A stretch of 64,000 nt of DNA from an uncultured Gemmatimonadaceae bacterium. Lineage in GTDB: Bacteria > Gemmatimonadota > Gemmatimonadetes > Gemmatimonadales > Gemmatimonadaceae. Where the stretch lies: assembly GCA_963781585.1 (NCBI GenBank), contig CAWAGQ010000004.1, positions 480,001 through 544,000 on the forward strand. Direction: 5' to 3'. Position numbers and translations under genes: made by a program. Below, one piece after another: positions 10,810 to 21,819 of this stretch. The notes beneath the pieces were generated by a model. The model was not told the DNA's origin and did not search any database. It was given only the letters and a program-made list of their open reading frames with translations. The first letter of the stretch is position 1. Each line of letters starts with the position of its first letter.

Positions 10810-12099
10810 ATGCCATCCATTACCTATCAGGTCGAAGGCGGACACGCCCTTTCGGGCACGATCGAACCGGCCGGCAACAAGAACGCCGCCCTCCCGATCA
10901 TCGCGGCAGCGCTCCTCACCGAACACGAGGTGACGCTCAGCAACGTGCCGCGCATTCGCGATACCGAAACGCTGGTGGAACTCGTGCGCTCGGTGGGAGC
11001 AGTAGCCGAGTGGCGCGAGTCCAATGTGCTCCGCATCCACGCTGGCAAGGTCCATTCGGCCGACCTCGACCCCGAGATGTGCTCCCGGATCCGCGCGTCC
11101 ATTCTGCTGGCCGGGCCCCTCCTGGCGCGCAGCGGCCACGTGGTTCTTCCACCGCCAGGCGGCGACGTGATCGGACGTCGCCGGGTCGATACCCACTTCC
11201 TGGCTTTCGAGCAGCTGGGAGCGAAAGTCTCGGCCGGGGACCGGTACGAATTCCGTGCCGAGCGCCTCACCGGCGCCGACGTGTTTCTCGATGAGCCAAG
11301 TGTGACCGGCACGGAGAACGCACTCATGGCCGCGGTGGCGGCCAGTGGAACGACGGTGCTGCGCAACTCGGCCAGCGAGCCTCACGTGCAGGATCTGGCT
11401 CGCTTCCTGATCGCGATCGGCGCGCGAATCGACGGCGTTGGCACCAACACCATGACCGTGCACGGCGGCTCGTCCCTCGGCGGAGCGTCGTACCGCATCG
11501 GGCCCGACCACATCGAAGTGGGGTCGTTCGTGGGTCTCGCCGCGGTCACGCGCTCATCGCTGCGCATCGCCCGCGCCGGTGTGGAGCACTTGCGGTCGAT
11601 CCGCCTCGGGTTCGAGCGGCTGGGGATTCGGTGTGTGGCGGAGGGCGACGATCTGGTCGTGCCCGCAGATCAGCCGCGCGCGGTGCAGGCCGACCTCGGA
11701 GGTCACGTTCCGAAGCTCGAGGATCAGCCGTGGCCGGCATTCCCCGCGGATCTCATGTCGATCGCGATCGTGACCGCCTCGCAATGCGCGGGACTCATTC
11801 TGATGCACGAGAAGATGTTCGAGTCCCGCATGTTCTTCGTCGACAAGCTCATTGGAATGGGGGCACGGATCGTGTTGTGCGATCCCCACCGGGTCCTCGT
11901 CGCTGGGCCGTCCGCGCTTCGGGCCGGCCGCGTGGAGTCGCCGGACATACGAGCCGGAATGGCCATGCTGCTGGCCGCCATGTGCGCGCGCGGCACGAGT
12001 ACGATCAATAACGCCGGCCAGATCGAGCGAGGCTACGAACGAATCGATGCTCGACTCAACGCGCTTGGGGCGCGCATCACGAGACTCGTCGAGGGGTGA
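10810..12099 (+). CDS. murA: UDP-N-acetylglucosamine 1-carboxyvinyltransferase
   Basis: GNKNAALP, RASILLAGPLL, PGGDVIGRR, SVTGTEN, EPHV, WPAFPADL, MFESR, SPDIRAG, IERGYE. Confidence 0.96.
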   Translation: MPSITYQVEGGHALSGTIEPAGNKNAALPIIAAALLTEHEVTLSNVPRIRDTETLVELVRSVGAVAEWRESNVLRIHAGKVHSADLDPEMCSRIRASILLAGPLLARSGHVVLPPPGGDVIGRRRVDTHFLAFEQLGAKVSAGDRYEFRAERLTGADVFLDEPSVTGTENALMAAVAASGTTVLRNSASEPHVQDLARFLIAIGARIDGVGTNTMTVHGGSSLGGASYRIGPDHIEVGSFVGLAAVTRSSLRIARAGVEHLRSIRLGFERLGIRCVAEGDDLVVPADQPRAVQADLGGHVPKLEDQPWPAFPADLMSIAIVTASQCAGLILMHEKMFESRMFFVDKLIGMGARIVLCDPHRVLVAGPSALRAGRVESPDIRAGMAMLLAAMCARGTSTINNAGQIERGYERIDARLNALGARITRLVEG

Positions 12100-12846
12100 T
12101 GGGGCGGGGCGTGCCACGCGAGCGGGTCCCGGGTTTTGCAGAGATCGGCCTGGTGGCGTTCACCACGCAGCGCGAGGCCGGGGACTTCGGACTGGGGGGC
12201 GAGGAGGCGGTGGGGGAAGTCCTGGGCCGATGGTGGGGTCTGCTGGAGGAGCTGGCGCCGATAACTGATCGCCTGGCAACGAGCCACCAGGTGCACGGCA
12301 CCCGGATCGACGTGCACGACGGCGACTGGCACGGCTGGCTCCGCGGTCTGCGCGCAGATGGTCATGCATCGTTCGCGCGCAGCACCGCAATGGCGGTCAC
12401 GCTCGCCGACTGTGTTCCGGTGTTCATCGGGCACCCGTCGGGCGCGGCGGCGTTGCTGCACTCCGGGTGGCGGGGAACTGCTGCGTCGATCGTCCGGTGC
12501 GGCGTGGCTGAATTCACGGCGCGCGGGCTTGCGCCGCGGGACCTGACGGTCCACCTCGGCCCCGCCATCTGCGGGCGGTGCTATGAGGTCGGGCCCGACG
12601 TCTACGCGCGGCTCACCGGAAGGCGAGTCGAGCGTCCCACGCCGGTGGACCTGCGCGCCATCATCGCGCGGCATGCTCGAAGACGCAGGTGTCCACAGTA
12701 TTACCGTAGCGGACACGTGCACGAAATGCAGCAACGCCCGCTTCTTCTCTCATCGTGCTGGCGATGCGGGCCGGCAGTTGGCGGTCCTCACCTCACACGT
12801 CGCGGCACCGGGCGGTTTCCTTGACTCGCTTGCCGGCGATCTCTAG
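12096..12846 (+). pseudogene. pgeF: YfiH/PgeF laccase-domain (purine nucleoside phosphorylase) gene split by a +1 frameshift near 12680
   Basis: QVHG, ADCVP, HSGWRG, GPAICGRCYEV in frame 12096. The C-terminal CTKCS..FFSHR..DAGRQ motif lies in ORF 12583..12846. Could be an assembly error. Confidence 0.75.
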
Positions 12847-12849
12847 ATT
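12821..12849 (+). promoter_or_regulatory. sigma70-type promoter of the rimP-nusA-infB operon
   Basis: TTGACT (12821-12826), 17 bp, TAGATT (12844-12849). Confidence 0.7.
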
Positions 12850-12882
12850 CACCGTTGCTGCGCCACTTACGAGGTGCACTGC

Positions 12883-12913
12883 AAATGTGGGGGAAGGGTC
12901 CCCACATTTTTTT
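12883..12913 (+). terminator. rimP leader terminator/attenuator hairpin
   Basis: AAATGTGGGG/CCCCACATTT stem with a 7-nt loop and T7 run, between the promoter and rimP; resembles the widely conserved GTGGG..CCCAC-TTTT rimP leader. Confidence 0.75.
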
Positions 12914-12939
12914 GTTCTTAGGGGTAACCTCGACACAAC

Positions 12940-13404
12940 ATGAAGCAAGCTCTGGAAGAGCTTATAAAGCATGAAGTTGAGGCGCTCGGTTACGATCTTG
13001 TCGAGCTTCGGCGGGTCGGCACCGCGCGACGTCCGCTCGTTGACGTGCGCATCGATCGGCGGGACGGGACGAACGTGTCGGTCGACGACTGCGCAACCGT
13101 GTCTCGTCATCTCGAGCCGCGGCTCGAGGAGGCAGGACTCGGGGATCTGCACTATGTGCTGGAGGTGTCTTCGCCGGGCGTTGAACGACCGTTGCGCTCG
13201 CTGGCCGACTGGCAGCGATTCTCCGGACGTACGGCGTCAGTGCTGAGTCCCGCGCTTGGCGGGCGGGCCGAGGTTGAGGTGCTCGGCGCGGATCCGCTTA
13301 CCGAAGCGGACGTGGTAGTGATGCGCGACAAGAAGGGGTTCGAACACCGCGTTCCGCTGGCCGATGTGAAGGACGCGCGACTCGTATTCCGCTGGGGCAA
13401 GTAG
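12940..13404 (+). CDS. rimP: Ribosome maturation factor RimP
   Basis: IDR...SVDDCATVSR, YVLEVSSPGVERPL; upstream of nusA. Confidence 0.95.
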   Translation: MKQALEELIKHEVEALGYDLVELRRVGTARRPLVDVRIDRRDGTNVSVDDCATVSRHLEPRLEEAGLGDLHYVLEVSSPGVERPLRSLADWQRFSGRTASVLSPALGGRAEVEVLGADPLTEADVVVMRDKKGFEHRVPLADVKDARLVFRWGK

Positions 13405-13415
13405 AGGAACATGGA

Positions 13416-14774
13416 ATGATCGGTTCGGCTGACATACTGAGCGCCATTCGCGAGCTCTCGAATTCCAAGCAGCTCGATCGCACCGAGCTGCTCGGACTGC
13501 TGCAGGACGGCATCCACGCCGCACTGGCCAAGAAGCACGGGCCAAACGTCCAGGCGGAAGTCGACATCGATGAGCGCAGTGGCAACATCAACATCGTGTT
13601 GCTGAAGACCGTGGTCGAAGAAGTCACCGATCCCGGGCGCGAGATCTCTCTGGAGGAGGCGCGGTTCGAAGACCCCGATTTTCAGATCGGTGATCTGATG
13701 GAGATACCGGTCGACTTCGCCGAGTTCGGGCGCAGCGCCGTTCAGGCAGCCAAGCAACGCATCATTCAGCGGGTGCGAGAGGGGGAGCGGACGAAGATCC
13801 GGGACGAATTCTCGGGTCGTGTGGGCGAACTGCTCTCGGGCGAAGTTCAGCAGATCGAGCGCGGAAAGCTGGTGGTGATGCTGAACAAGTTTCGCGAAGC
13901 GGAAGCGATCATCCCGTACCGCGATCAGAATCACCGTGAGCATTTCCATCAGGGCGATCCAATCCGCGCGGTGCTGAAGCGGGTCGAGGAGACGCCGAAG
14001 GGGCCGCGGCTGATTCTGAGCCGGGGCGATCCGGCGTTCGTGCAGGCACTGTTCAAGCTGGAAGTGCCCGAGATGCAGCAGGGCATCGTGGAGATCCGGG
14101 CAGCCGCTCGAGAGGTGGGAAGCCGGACGAAGATCGCGGTCTTTTCGCGTGACGATTCCATCGATCCGGTGGGGGCGTGCGTGGGACTCAAGGGTTCGCG
14201 CGTGCAGGCGGTGGTGAACGAGCTGAACGGGGAGCGCATCGACATTGTGCCGTGGTCACCCGATCCGGAGCGTTTTGCCAAGCTGGCGCTGGCCCCGGCG
14301 CGCGTGGCGCGCGTCTTCAGCGACGCAGACAACAAGACCATCCAGGCCATCGTGGACGACGATCAGCTCTCGCTGGCGATCGGGCGCAATGGCCAGAATG
14401 TGCGACTCGCGTCTGAGCTCACCGGTTGGAAGATCGATTTGTACTCCAGCCGTGAGTGGCTGGAGCGCAGCGAAGGTCCGGTCTTTGCCCCACTGCCCGA
14501 AGAGGAGGACGTTGCGGCCGACGTCAAGCTGTCGGAAATCGAGGGACTGCCGACCGCGACGGTGGCGGTGCTCGAGGACGCCGGCTTTCAGACGCTCAAC
14601 GATATCATCGATCTGGAGCGGGATGATCTGCTCAAGTTGCCGGGCATCGCGCCGGAAGAAGCGGACCGCATCATGTCGATCATCGACGAGTTGACCGAAG
14701 AGGGCGAGCCGGAGTCGCAGGAGCAGAAGCCGGAGTCCGACGACGAGGGCGATGCGGTGGGGGCAGTTGCCTGA
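13416..14774 (+). CDS. nusA: Transcription termination/antitermination factor NusA
   Basis: FGRSAVQAAKQ, S1 domain, EVPE, AREVGSRTKIAV, GACVGLKGSRV, LSLAIGRNGQNVRLA, C-terminal HhH repeat. Confidence 0.97.
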   Translation: MIGSADILSAIRELSNSKQLDRTELLGLLQDGIHAALAKKHGPNVQAEVDIDERSGNINIVLLKTVVEEVTDPGREISLEEARFEDPDFQIGDLMEIPVDFAEFGRSAVQAAKQRIIQRVREGERTKIRDEFSGRVGELLSGEVQQIERGKLVVMLNKFREAEAIIPYRDQNHREHFHQGDPIRAVLKRVEETPKGPRLILSRGDPAFVQALFKLEVPEMQQGIVEIRAAAREVGSRTKIAVFSRDDSIDPVGACVGLKGSRVQAVVNELNGERIDIVPWSPDPERFAKLALAPARVARVFSDADNKTIQAIVDDDQLSLAIGRNGQNVRLASELTGWKIDLYSSREWLERSEGPVFAPLPEEEDVAADVKLSEIEGLPTATVAVLEDAGFQTLNDIIDLERDDLLKLPGIAPEEADRIMSIIDELTEEGEPESQEQKPESDDEGDAVGAVA

Positions 14775-14775
14775 T

Positions 14776-15129
14776 ATGGATGTGACCCTCGAGCGCCGGA
14801 TGCTGGGATTGATCGGATTGGGGCTGCGGGCGCGGAACGCCGTGATCGGCGTGGAGCGGGTGCGGGAAGCCGCGCGCCGCGGGCGTCTGGCGTTGGTGGT
14901 GGTGGCGCCCGACGCGTCTCGGCACAGTCGGGCCAAGATGCTCCCGCTGCTGGCCGCGCGCCGGGTGCGGGTGATCGAGGGTCCGTCGCTGGCCTCGTTA
15001 GGCGCGGTCGCCGGCCGCGACGCGGCGGCCGCGATCGGGATTCTCGACCCGGCGCTGGCGCGCGGGATGCGGGATCTGGTTCAGGTAGATCGGCGCCGCC
15101 ACGACGGCGACGCCGCGAAGGGCCGCTAG
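14776..15129 (+). CDS. L7Ae/L30e family RNA-binding protein (YlxQ-like)
   Basis: LGLIGLG.RA..AVIG...V...LVVVAPDAS...LGAVAG; between nusA and infB. Confidence 0.85.
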   Translation: MDVTLERRMLGLIGLGLRARNAVIGVERVREAARRGRLALVVVAPDASRHSRAKMLPLLAARRVRVIEGPSLASLGAVAGRDAAAAIGILDPALARGMRDLVQVDRRRHDGDAAKGR

Positions 15130-15138
15130 GAGGATCTG

Positions 15139-17829
15139 TTGAGCAAGCTTCGCGTCAACGACATGGCTGGCGAGTTCGGGATTCCGTCGGAGGACGTCAT
15201 CAACCTCCTCCGGCAGATGGACGTCGCCGTACGCAGTCACCTGACCGTCCTCACGGACGATCAGGTGGCGCGTGTGCGCGCACGCTGGGAGAAGGAGAAG
15301 CGACTGCGCCAACAGGAGAAGCCAGCGAGTGCACCGTCGCGACGACGGCGTACGGTTGCCGCGACCAGTCCGTCCCCTTCCAGCGAGGGCGCGGCTGCGC
15401 CCGCCGTTCGCCGGCGCCGCCGCCCTGCCGCGGAGGCTCCACCGGTCGAGGAGGTGGAGGCGCAGGTGTCGATCGCGACCGAGGAGCAGGAGACAGAGGC
15501 GCCCGACGCAGCGGCCGCACCGCCGGTTGCCGAGCCGGAGGCGTCCGAGGCACCCGTTGTGGCCGTACCCGAACCGCCCACCGACGTCGCGGTCGAAACC
15601 GCGGAGCCGGTTGTCCAAGCCGAGCCGCCGGCCGAAGTGCCCCGGCGGCGCCCTCCTCCGTCCGCGGGATCCCCGCGGCCACCCGCTCTGGAACGTCCAC
15701 GGCCGCGCCCGGTCGTGCCAGGCGCCCCGCGTCCCAAGCCCGTGGCCAGCGCCAGTCCCTTCCACCCACCTCGCCCCGTTGCGTCTGCGACTCCGGGTGG
15801 CGGCGTCGGCATGCCCACCCGTCGGGAAGAGCGCAAGGGCGGTGGTGGGGCGGGAACCATGCAGCCCTCCCAACGGAGGAAGAAGGGCAAGCGAGGTGCG
15901 GTCGACCAGGAAGAGGTGACCGCGAACATCAAGCGCGTTACGACATCGATGCGTGGTGCACCCACCCGGCGCGGACCGCGACGCCCGGAGGAATCGCGCG
16001 AGGATATGGAGGCGCAGCGCCTCGCCGACCAGGAGCGCGAGCGCAAGACAGTGCGGGTCAACGAATTCATCACGGTCGCGGAGCTCGCTGACATCCTGAA
16101 GGTGCCGCCTACGCAGATCGTGGCCTTCGCGTTCAAGAACCTCGGCCTGATGGTCACCATCAACCAGCGACTGGATTTCGACCAGATCGAGCTGATCGCG
16201 AGTGAATTCGGCTTCCAGGCGGTTCGGGAGGAGGAATACGCCGCCGACATGACGGAGGAGGTGGTCGAGGACCGCCCCGACGAGCTGTCGCCGCGCCCGC
16301 CGGTCGTCACCATCATGGGGCACGTCGATCACGGCAAGACGACCCTGCTCGACTACGTCCGCAAGTCGAGCGTGGTCGCCGGCGAGGCGGGTGGCATTAC
16401 CCAGCACATCGGCGCCTATCACGTCACCCTGCCTAACAACAAGCGGATCACGTTTCTCGACACCCCGGGACACGAAGCGTTCACGGCCATGCGGGCACGC
16501 GGCGCACAGGTCACCGACATCGTCGTCCTGGTGGTTGCCGCCAATGACTCGGTGATGCCGCAGACGGTCGAGGCGATTTCTCACGCCAGGAACGCCGGCG
16601 TACCCCTCATCGTCGCCGTCAACAAGATCGATCTCCCGGATGCGAATCCGACGAAGGTCATGCAGGATCTGCTGACCCAGGGCGTCGTGCTGGAGATGTT
16701 CGGCGGGCAGACACTGTCTACGCCGGTCTCGGCGAAGAAGGGCACGAACGTCTCCGAGCTGCTCGACCAGCTCCTGCTCCAGGCCGAGGTGCTCGATCTC
16801 AAGGCGAATCCGAACCGCCGCGCCGTGGGCACGGTCGTCGAGGCCCAGCTCGACGCCGGCAAGGGACCAGTGGCCACCGTGCTGGTGCAGAACGGTACCC
16901 TGCACGTCGGCGACGACTTCATCAGTGGGCTGTACTCCGGGCGTGTGCGGGCCCTGCTCGATGAACGCGGCAAGCCGGTCAAGGAGGCGGGGCCGGCGAT
17001 TCCCGTGCAGGTGCTCGGGCTGGCCGGCGTGCCAACCGCCGGCGACCAGTTCCTCGTTGTCGACGACGCCACGCAGGCGCGGGAGATCGCGCAGCGTCGC
17101 GAACGCCTGGATCGCGAGGCGAAGAGCCGGCGCACCAGCAAGAGCGCCGTCACGCTCGAAGACTTCATGTCGCAGACCGAGGCGGGTGAGACCCGCACGC
17201 TGCGCATTCTCATCAAGGCCGACCAGGGCGGTCCCGCCGAAGCCCTGGCCGATGCGCTCGCTCAGTTGTCGACCGCCGAGGTGGCGGTCGAGGTGATCCA
17301 TCGCGGTGTCGGCGCCATCACGGAGAGCGACATTCTGCTGGCGCGGGCGTCCGGCGCCGTGATCATCGGGTTCCACGTGCGACCGGACAACAACGCACGC
17401 ACGGCCGCCGAGCGTGAAGGCGTCGACATCAAGTTGTATCGCGTGATCTATGACGCCGTGAACGACGTGCGGGCCGCGCTCGAAGGACTGCTCCGTCCGG
17501 AAGAGCGCGAAGTGATTCTGGGGGAGGCCGAGGTGCGGGACACGTTCAAGGTGTCTCGCGTGGGGACAGTGGCAGGCTGCTACGTTCGCAGCGGCGTGAT
17601 CAACCGTCAGGCGCGTGCCCGGGTCATTCGAGATGGCTCGGAGGTGTACGCCGGCTCCATCGCCTCGCTGCGCCGATTCAAGGACGACGTTCGCGAAGTC
17701 AAGGAAGGGTACGAATGCGGCGTCGGGATCGAAAACTTCAACGACATCAAGGTCGGTGACGTGATCGAGTGCTACCGCAAGGAGGAGGTGGCGCGAACGC
17801 TCCAGCCGGAAGCACAGCCCGGCCGGTAG
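15139..17829 (+). CDS. infB: Translation initiation factor IF-2
   Basis: TTG start after [60 protein letters not shown]. Confidence 0.98.
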   Translation: MSKLRVNDMAGEFGIPSEDVINLLRQMDVAVRSHLTVLTDDQVARVRARWEKEKRLRQQEKPASAPSRRRRTVAATSPSPSSEGAAAPAVRRRRRPAAEAPPVEEVEAQVSIATEEQETEAPDAAAAPPVAEPEASEAPVVAVPEPPTDVAVETAEPVVQAEPPAEVPRRRPPPSAGSPRPPALERPRPRPVVPGAPRPKPVASASPFHPPRPVASATPGGGVGMPTRREERKGGGGAGTMQPSQRRKKGKRGAVDQEEVTANIKRVTTSMRGAPTRRGPRRPEESREDMEAQRLADQERERKTVRVNEFITVAELADILKVPPTQIVAFAFKNLGLMVTINQRLDFDQIELIASEFGFQAVREEEYAADMTEEVVEDRPDELSPRPPVVTIMGHVDHGKTTLLDYVRKSSVVAGEAGGITQHIGAYHVTLPNNKRITFLDTPGHEAFTAMRARGAQVTDIVVLVVAANDSVMPQTVEAISHARNAGVPLIVAVNKIDLPDANPTKVMQDLLTQGVVLEMFGGQTLSTPVSAKKGTNVSELLDQLLLQAEVLDLKANPNRRAVGTVVEAQLDAGKGPVATVLVQNGTLHVGDDFISGLYSGRVRALLDERGKPVKEAGPAIPVQVLGLAGVPTAGDQFLVVDDATQAREIAQRRERLDREAKSRRTSKSAVTLEDFMSQTEAGETRTLRILIKADQGGPAEALADALAQLSTAEVAVEVIHRGVGAITESDILLARASGAVIIGFHVRPDNNARTAAEREGVDIKLYRVIYDAVNDVRAALEGLLRPEEREVILGEAEVRDTFKVSRVGTVAGCYVRSGVINRQARARVIRDGSEVYAGSIASLRRFKDDVREVKEGYECGVGIENFNDIKVGDVIECYRKEEVARTLQPEAQPGR

Positions 17830-17890
17830 GAGCGCCGAGCGTCCTGTTCCGTGGCCCGATCCAACTCCCCCCAGAAACTCCGGCACTGGC

Positions 17891-18274
17891 TTGTCTTCTT
17901 CCCGCCGTACTGAACGCGTGGCGGAGGTCATTCGCGAGGAAGTGGCCACGTTCCTCGCCGAAAGCGTGAAGGACCCGCGCATTCAGGGTCTCGTCACGGT
18001 CACTGCCGTGAACGTGACACGCGATCTGCGCCACGCCCGCGTCTTCGTGAGCGTGATGGGGACGGACGAGCAGCGGTCCGCCACCATGGAGGGGCTGGCT
18101 TCGGTCGCAACCCACCTGCGCGGTCGATTGGGACGCAGCATGCACTTGCGCGTCGCGCCGATGATCGATTTTGCCAGCGATCCCAGTGTGGCCCATGCGG
18201 CCCGCATCGAGTCGCTGCTGTCGCAGATCAGATCCGCCGATGCACCCGACCGAAATGCCGGCCACGAGGACTGA
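17891..18274 (+). CDS. rbfA: Ribosome-binding factor A
   Basis: RTERVAEVIREEV, KDPRI, VTVTAV.VTRDLRHARVF. Confidence 0.95.
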   Translation: MSSSRRTERVAEVIREEVATFLAESVKDPRIQGLVTVTAVNVTRDLRHARVFVSVMGTDEQRSATMEGLASVATHLRGRLGRSMHLRVAPMIDFASDPSVAHAARIESLLSQIRSADAPDRNAGHED

Positions 18275-19130
18275 TGGTTTTCTGCTGGTCGACAAGCCGC
18301 GCGGACTCACGTCGCAAGGCGCAGTTACCGGCGTGCGCCGGGCGCTTGGCGCCACGCGCGCCGGACACACCGGTACGCTCGACCCGGAAGCCACCGGATT
18401 GCTCGTGATTCTGGTCGGGAGCGCGACGCGTCTGGCCCGCTTCGTTCCCTCCAGCGACAAGGTCTACGAGGCCGAGATCCGATTCGGATTCGAAACCGAC
18501 ACCGACGACGCGGCGGGGACTCCGACCGTGAGCGCCCCTCTTCCTGATGACCAGGCGGTCTACCAGGCGATACCGCGGCTTGCCGGTCGTATTCGCCAGG
18601 TACCTCCGTCGTTCTCGGCCAAGCACGTCGAGGGACGCCGTGCGTACGCGATGGCGCGAGCCGGCCAGGCCGTAACACTCGAATCCGCCGACGTGGACGT
18701 GCGCAGTTGGGACGTCCTTGCCCACCAGGGGGAGCGATGGCGCGTGCGCATCGCCTGTGGCGCTGGAACGTATGTGCGGGCGCTGGCCCGTGACCTCGGA
18801 CGCTACGCGGGGTCGGCCGCGCACCTGGCCGCGCTCCGGCGGACACGCATTGGTCCGTTCGGGCTGGAGCATGCCATTCCGCTGGATGAGGTGCACGAAG
18901 GAACCGAGCCGGAACCGCCTCTCGGGGCCCTGGTCGGCATGCCCCGCGTCGTCGTGAGTGGCGACGCAGCGGATCGGATTCGCAGCGGCGGAATGATCGA
19001 CGCGGCCGATTCTGCACCCGACGATCTCGCCGTGGTTGCCGCGCTGGTCGATGAGCACGGGGACCTGCTGGCGGTGGCGGAACGAAGCCAGGGATCGTGG
19101 CAGCCCAGAGTGGTGCTTGCGCATGTCTGA
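18255..19130 (+). CDS. truB: tRNA pseudouridine(55) synthase
   Basis: GFLLVDKPRGLTS, GHTGTLDPEATG, QVPPSFSA, CGAGTYVRALARD, LRRTRIG. Start inferred. Confidence 0.95.
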   Translation: MPATRTDGFLLVDKPRGLTSQGAVTGVRRALGATRAGHTGTLDPEATGLLVILVGSATRLARFVPSSDKVYEAEIRFGFETDTDDAAGTPTVSAPLPDDQAVYQAIPRLAGRIRQVPPSFSAKHVEGRRAYAMARAGQAVTLESADVDVRSWDVLAHQGERWRVRIACGAGTYVRALARDLGRYAGSAAHLAALRRTRIGPFGLEHAIPLDEVHEGTEPEPPLGALVGMPRVVVSGDAADRIRSGGMIDAADSAPDDLAVVAALVDEHGDLLAVAERSQGSWQPRVVLAHV

Positions 19131-20064
19131 CGCCTTCGGAGATGCATCAGGTCTGCCACCTGACGTACGTCGCACCGCGCTCACGGTGGGGACGTTCGAC
19201 GGCGTCCACCTCGGGCATCAGGATGTGCTGCGACGACTCGTGGAACGGGCGCGGACGCTCGATGTCCGCAGCATTCTCGTCACGTTCGAGCCGCATCCGC
19301 TCGAAGTCGTGAATCCGGCGGCGGCGCCGCCGCTCCTGTCGGTCGGTGACGAGCGCACCGAGCTCTTCGCGGAGAGCGGCGTCGACTACGTGGCGATCGT
19401 GCCGTTCACGATGGCGCTCGCGCGGTTCGAGCCGGATCGCTTCGTCGATGAGGTTCTGTTGGGTCGGTTCCGCATGCACGATCTGCTGATCGGTTACGAT
19501 CACGGCCTCGGGCGCAATCGTGCTGGCGACGTCGATACGCTGCGCGCGCTCGGAGTGTCACGCGGCTTCGACGTCAGCGTTGTGCCGGCCGTCGCGTCGC
19601 CCGCCGGCCAACCGGTTTCGTCCACCGCGATCCGACGCGCGATTGCCGGCGGAGATCTGGAGCGCGCGGCACTCGGCCTCGGCCGGCCCTACTCGGTGGG
19701 CGGCCGGGTGACTCGCGGAGAGAGTCGCGGCCGGCTGCTTGGCTTTCCCACGATCAACGTGCCGCTCCCATCTCCGCGAAAGCTCCTTCCACCGCAAGGG
19801 GTGTACGTTGTGCGTGTGCAGACTCCTCGGGGCCCATTCGGGGGAATGATGAATCTTGGTCCGCGTCCCACCTTCTCCGACACCAACGTAGCGCTTGAAG
19901 CGCACCTGTTTGGCGCGCACGGCGAGCTGTATGGCGCTCGCGTGCGCATCGATTTCCTACGTCGCCTCCGTGACACCGTACGGTTCCACGACGCCAGGGC
20001 GCTCACCCGGCAGCTCGAGCGGGATGCGGAGATGGCGCGCGAGGTATTGTCTGCAACCGCTTGA
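19123..20064 (+). CDS. ribF: Riboflavin kinase/FAD synthetase
   Basis: GTFDGVHLGHQ, TFEPHP, VSSTAIR, GRLLGFPTIN, GVY, NLGPRPTF, EAHL. Confidence 0.96.
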   Translation: MSDAFGDASGLPPDVRRTALTVGTFDGVHLGHQDVLRRLVERARTLDVRSILVTFEPHPLEVVNPAAAPPLLSVGDERTELFAESGVDYVAIVPFTMALARFEPDRFVDEVLLGRFRMHDLLIGYDHGLGRNRAGDVDTLRALGVSRGFDVSVVPAVASPAGQPVSSTAIRRAIAGGDLERAALGLGRPYSVGGRVTRGESRGRLLGFPTINVPLPSPRKLLPPQGVYVVRVQTPRGPFGGMMNLGPRPTFSDTNVALEAHLFGAHGELYGARVRIDFLRRLRDTVRFHDARALTRQLERDAEMAREVLSATA

Positions 20065-20081
20065 GCCACGGCAATTTGCGG

Positions 20082-20110
20082 TTGACTCTGTCTACCCGAA
20101 GGTCTAACGT
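20082..20110 (+). promoter_or_regulatory. sigma70-type promoter upstream of secD
   Basis: TTGACT (20082-20087), 17 bp, TAACGT (20105-20110). Confidence 0.6.
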
Positions 20111-20151
20111 TCACCGCTGGCAAATTCTCCCCGTTTTCGCGATTCGACCGC

Positions 20152-21819
20152 ATGTCCAGTTTGAAGGCCCGCATGTTCGTGATCGTCGCGCTCGTGGCGG
20201 CTTCGGTGTGGGCGCTATTCCCACGCACCGTTGTTGAGCGCGTCAAGCGCAACGGCGTATTCACCTACGACACCCTCAAGCGCGTCCCGCTGAAGCGGGG
20301 ACTCGACCTGCAGGGCGGGATGTACCTCGCTCTTGAAGTCGATGCATCGAAAATGTCCGTCGCCAACGCGAGCGACGCCCTTGATCGAGCATTGAAGGTG
20401 GTCCGCACCAGAATCGACGAGTTCGGCGTAGCGGAACCCGTCGTCCAGAAGGTCGGAAGCGACCGCCTGATCGTGGAGCTGCCCGGAGTGGACGACCCGC
20501 AGCGTGCCGAGCAGGTCGTGCAGAAGACGGCATTCCTGCAATTCATGATCACCGACAAGTCGCAGGCGCTCGACAAGACGCTTCCGCGTCTTGATCAGAT
20601 CGTGCGCGAGCAGGGAGCGGTGGCGCCCGGCACCGCCGACACCACCAAGGGCGCTCCGGCGCAGAACGCCGGACTGCAGCAGCTCTTTGCCAAGAAGGAT
20701 TCGGCGGTCGAGAAGACCGATAGCACGAAGAAGGACTCGTCGAGCCTGGCCGGACTGGAGAAGGGCGGGGGGCCGCTGTCGAAGATCATCCAGCAATCGG
20801 GGATGATGCCGGGTGAGTACCTCGTGAGCGAGCAGGATGCGCAGAAGGCGGAGTACTGGTTATCGCTGCCGGCCGTGCAGTCGGCATTGCCACCCGGGAA
20901 GGTCATCCGGTGGGGGAACGACACGCTGTCGTTCGGCGGACAGGTCTATCGCCCGTTCTACGTCGTGGATGCGCGCCCCATCATCACGGGCGATGCGCTG
21001 CAGGACGCGAAGCCGAACAACAATCCGATCGAGGGGACCATCGTCGAGTTCACGCTGAGCAACGTGGGGGGACGGAAGTTCCGGACCGAGACGTCGAAGC
21101 ATATCCAGGACTACATGGCGATTGTGCTCGACGACAAGGTCATGGGGCGGCCACCGGTGATTCAGGGTGCCATCGGGACGCATGGCCAGATCACCATGGG
21201 GCGCCGCGATCTGCAGGAAGCGCAGGACCTGGCGCTTGTGCTGCGCGCGGGGTCGCTGCCCGTGCCATTGAGGATCGCGGATCTGCGAAGCATCGGCGCG
21301 AGTCTGGGGGCGGACTCGATCGCCAAGGGCGAGCGGGCGATGCTCATCGCGGTCCTGGTGGTGATCACGATCATGCTTGTGTACTACCGGTTCTCCGGCC
21401 TTCTGGCAGTGGGCGCGCTCTCGTTGTACATGCTCTTTACCCTGGCTGTGCTGGCCGGCTTCAACGCTGTGCTCACGCTTCCGGGCATCGCGGGCCTGGT
21501 GCTGTCGGTCGGGATCGCGGTGGACGCGAACGTGCTGATCTTCGAGCGCATTCGCGAGGAACTGGACCGCGGTAAGACCGTCCGCACCTCGATCGACGAG
21601 GGATTCCGGCACGCCCTGTCCGCCATTATCGACACCAGCGTGACGACGATTCTGACTGCCGCGGTGCTGTATCAGTACGGCAGCGGTTCCGTGAAGGGAT
21701 TTGCGGTGACACTGATTGCCGGCATCTCGGCCTCGCTGTTCTGCGCGGTATTCGTGGTGCGCACGTTCTATCTCCTCTGGCTGACCCGCGCGAGCCGCGC
21801 GCAGACCCTGAGCATCTGA
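20152..21819 (+). CDS. secD: Protein translocase subunit SecD
   Basis: [57 protein letters not shown]. Confidence 0.96.
   Translation: MSSLKARMFVIVALVAASVWALFPRTVVERVKRNGVFTYDTLKRVPLKRGLDLQGGMYLALEVDASKMSVANASDALDRALKVVRTRIDEFGVAEPVVQKVGSDRLIVELPGVDDPQRAEQVVQKTAFLQFMITDKSQALDKTLPRLDQIVREQGAVAPGTADTTKGAPAQNAGLQQLFAKKDSAVEKTDSTKKDSSSLAGLEKGGGPLSKIIQQSGMMPGEYLVSEQDAQKAEYWLSLPAVQSALPPGKVIRWGNDTLSFGGQVYRPFYVVDARPIITGDALQDAKPNNNPIEGTIVEFTLSNVGGRKFRTETSKHIQDYMAIVLDDKVMGRPPVIQGAIGTHGQITMGRRDLQEAQDLALVLRAGSLPVPLRIADLRSIGASLGADSIAKGERAMLIAVLVVITIMLVYYRFSGLLAVGALSLYMLFTLAVLAGFNAVLTLPGIAGLVLSVGIAVDANVLIFERIREELDRGKTVRTSIDEGFRHALSAIIDTSVTTILTAAVLYQYGSGSVKGFAVTLIAGISASLFCAVFVVRTFYLLWLTRASRAQTLSI

Noticed and set aside
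14998..17982. 994-aa minus-strand ORF, and similar long antisense ORFs (53530-56295, 24081-25547, 27723-29549, 7474-8682)
   Set aside because: They lie antisense to clearly identified genes and have no motifs; they are shadows of GC-rich codon bias.
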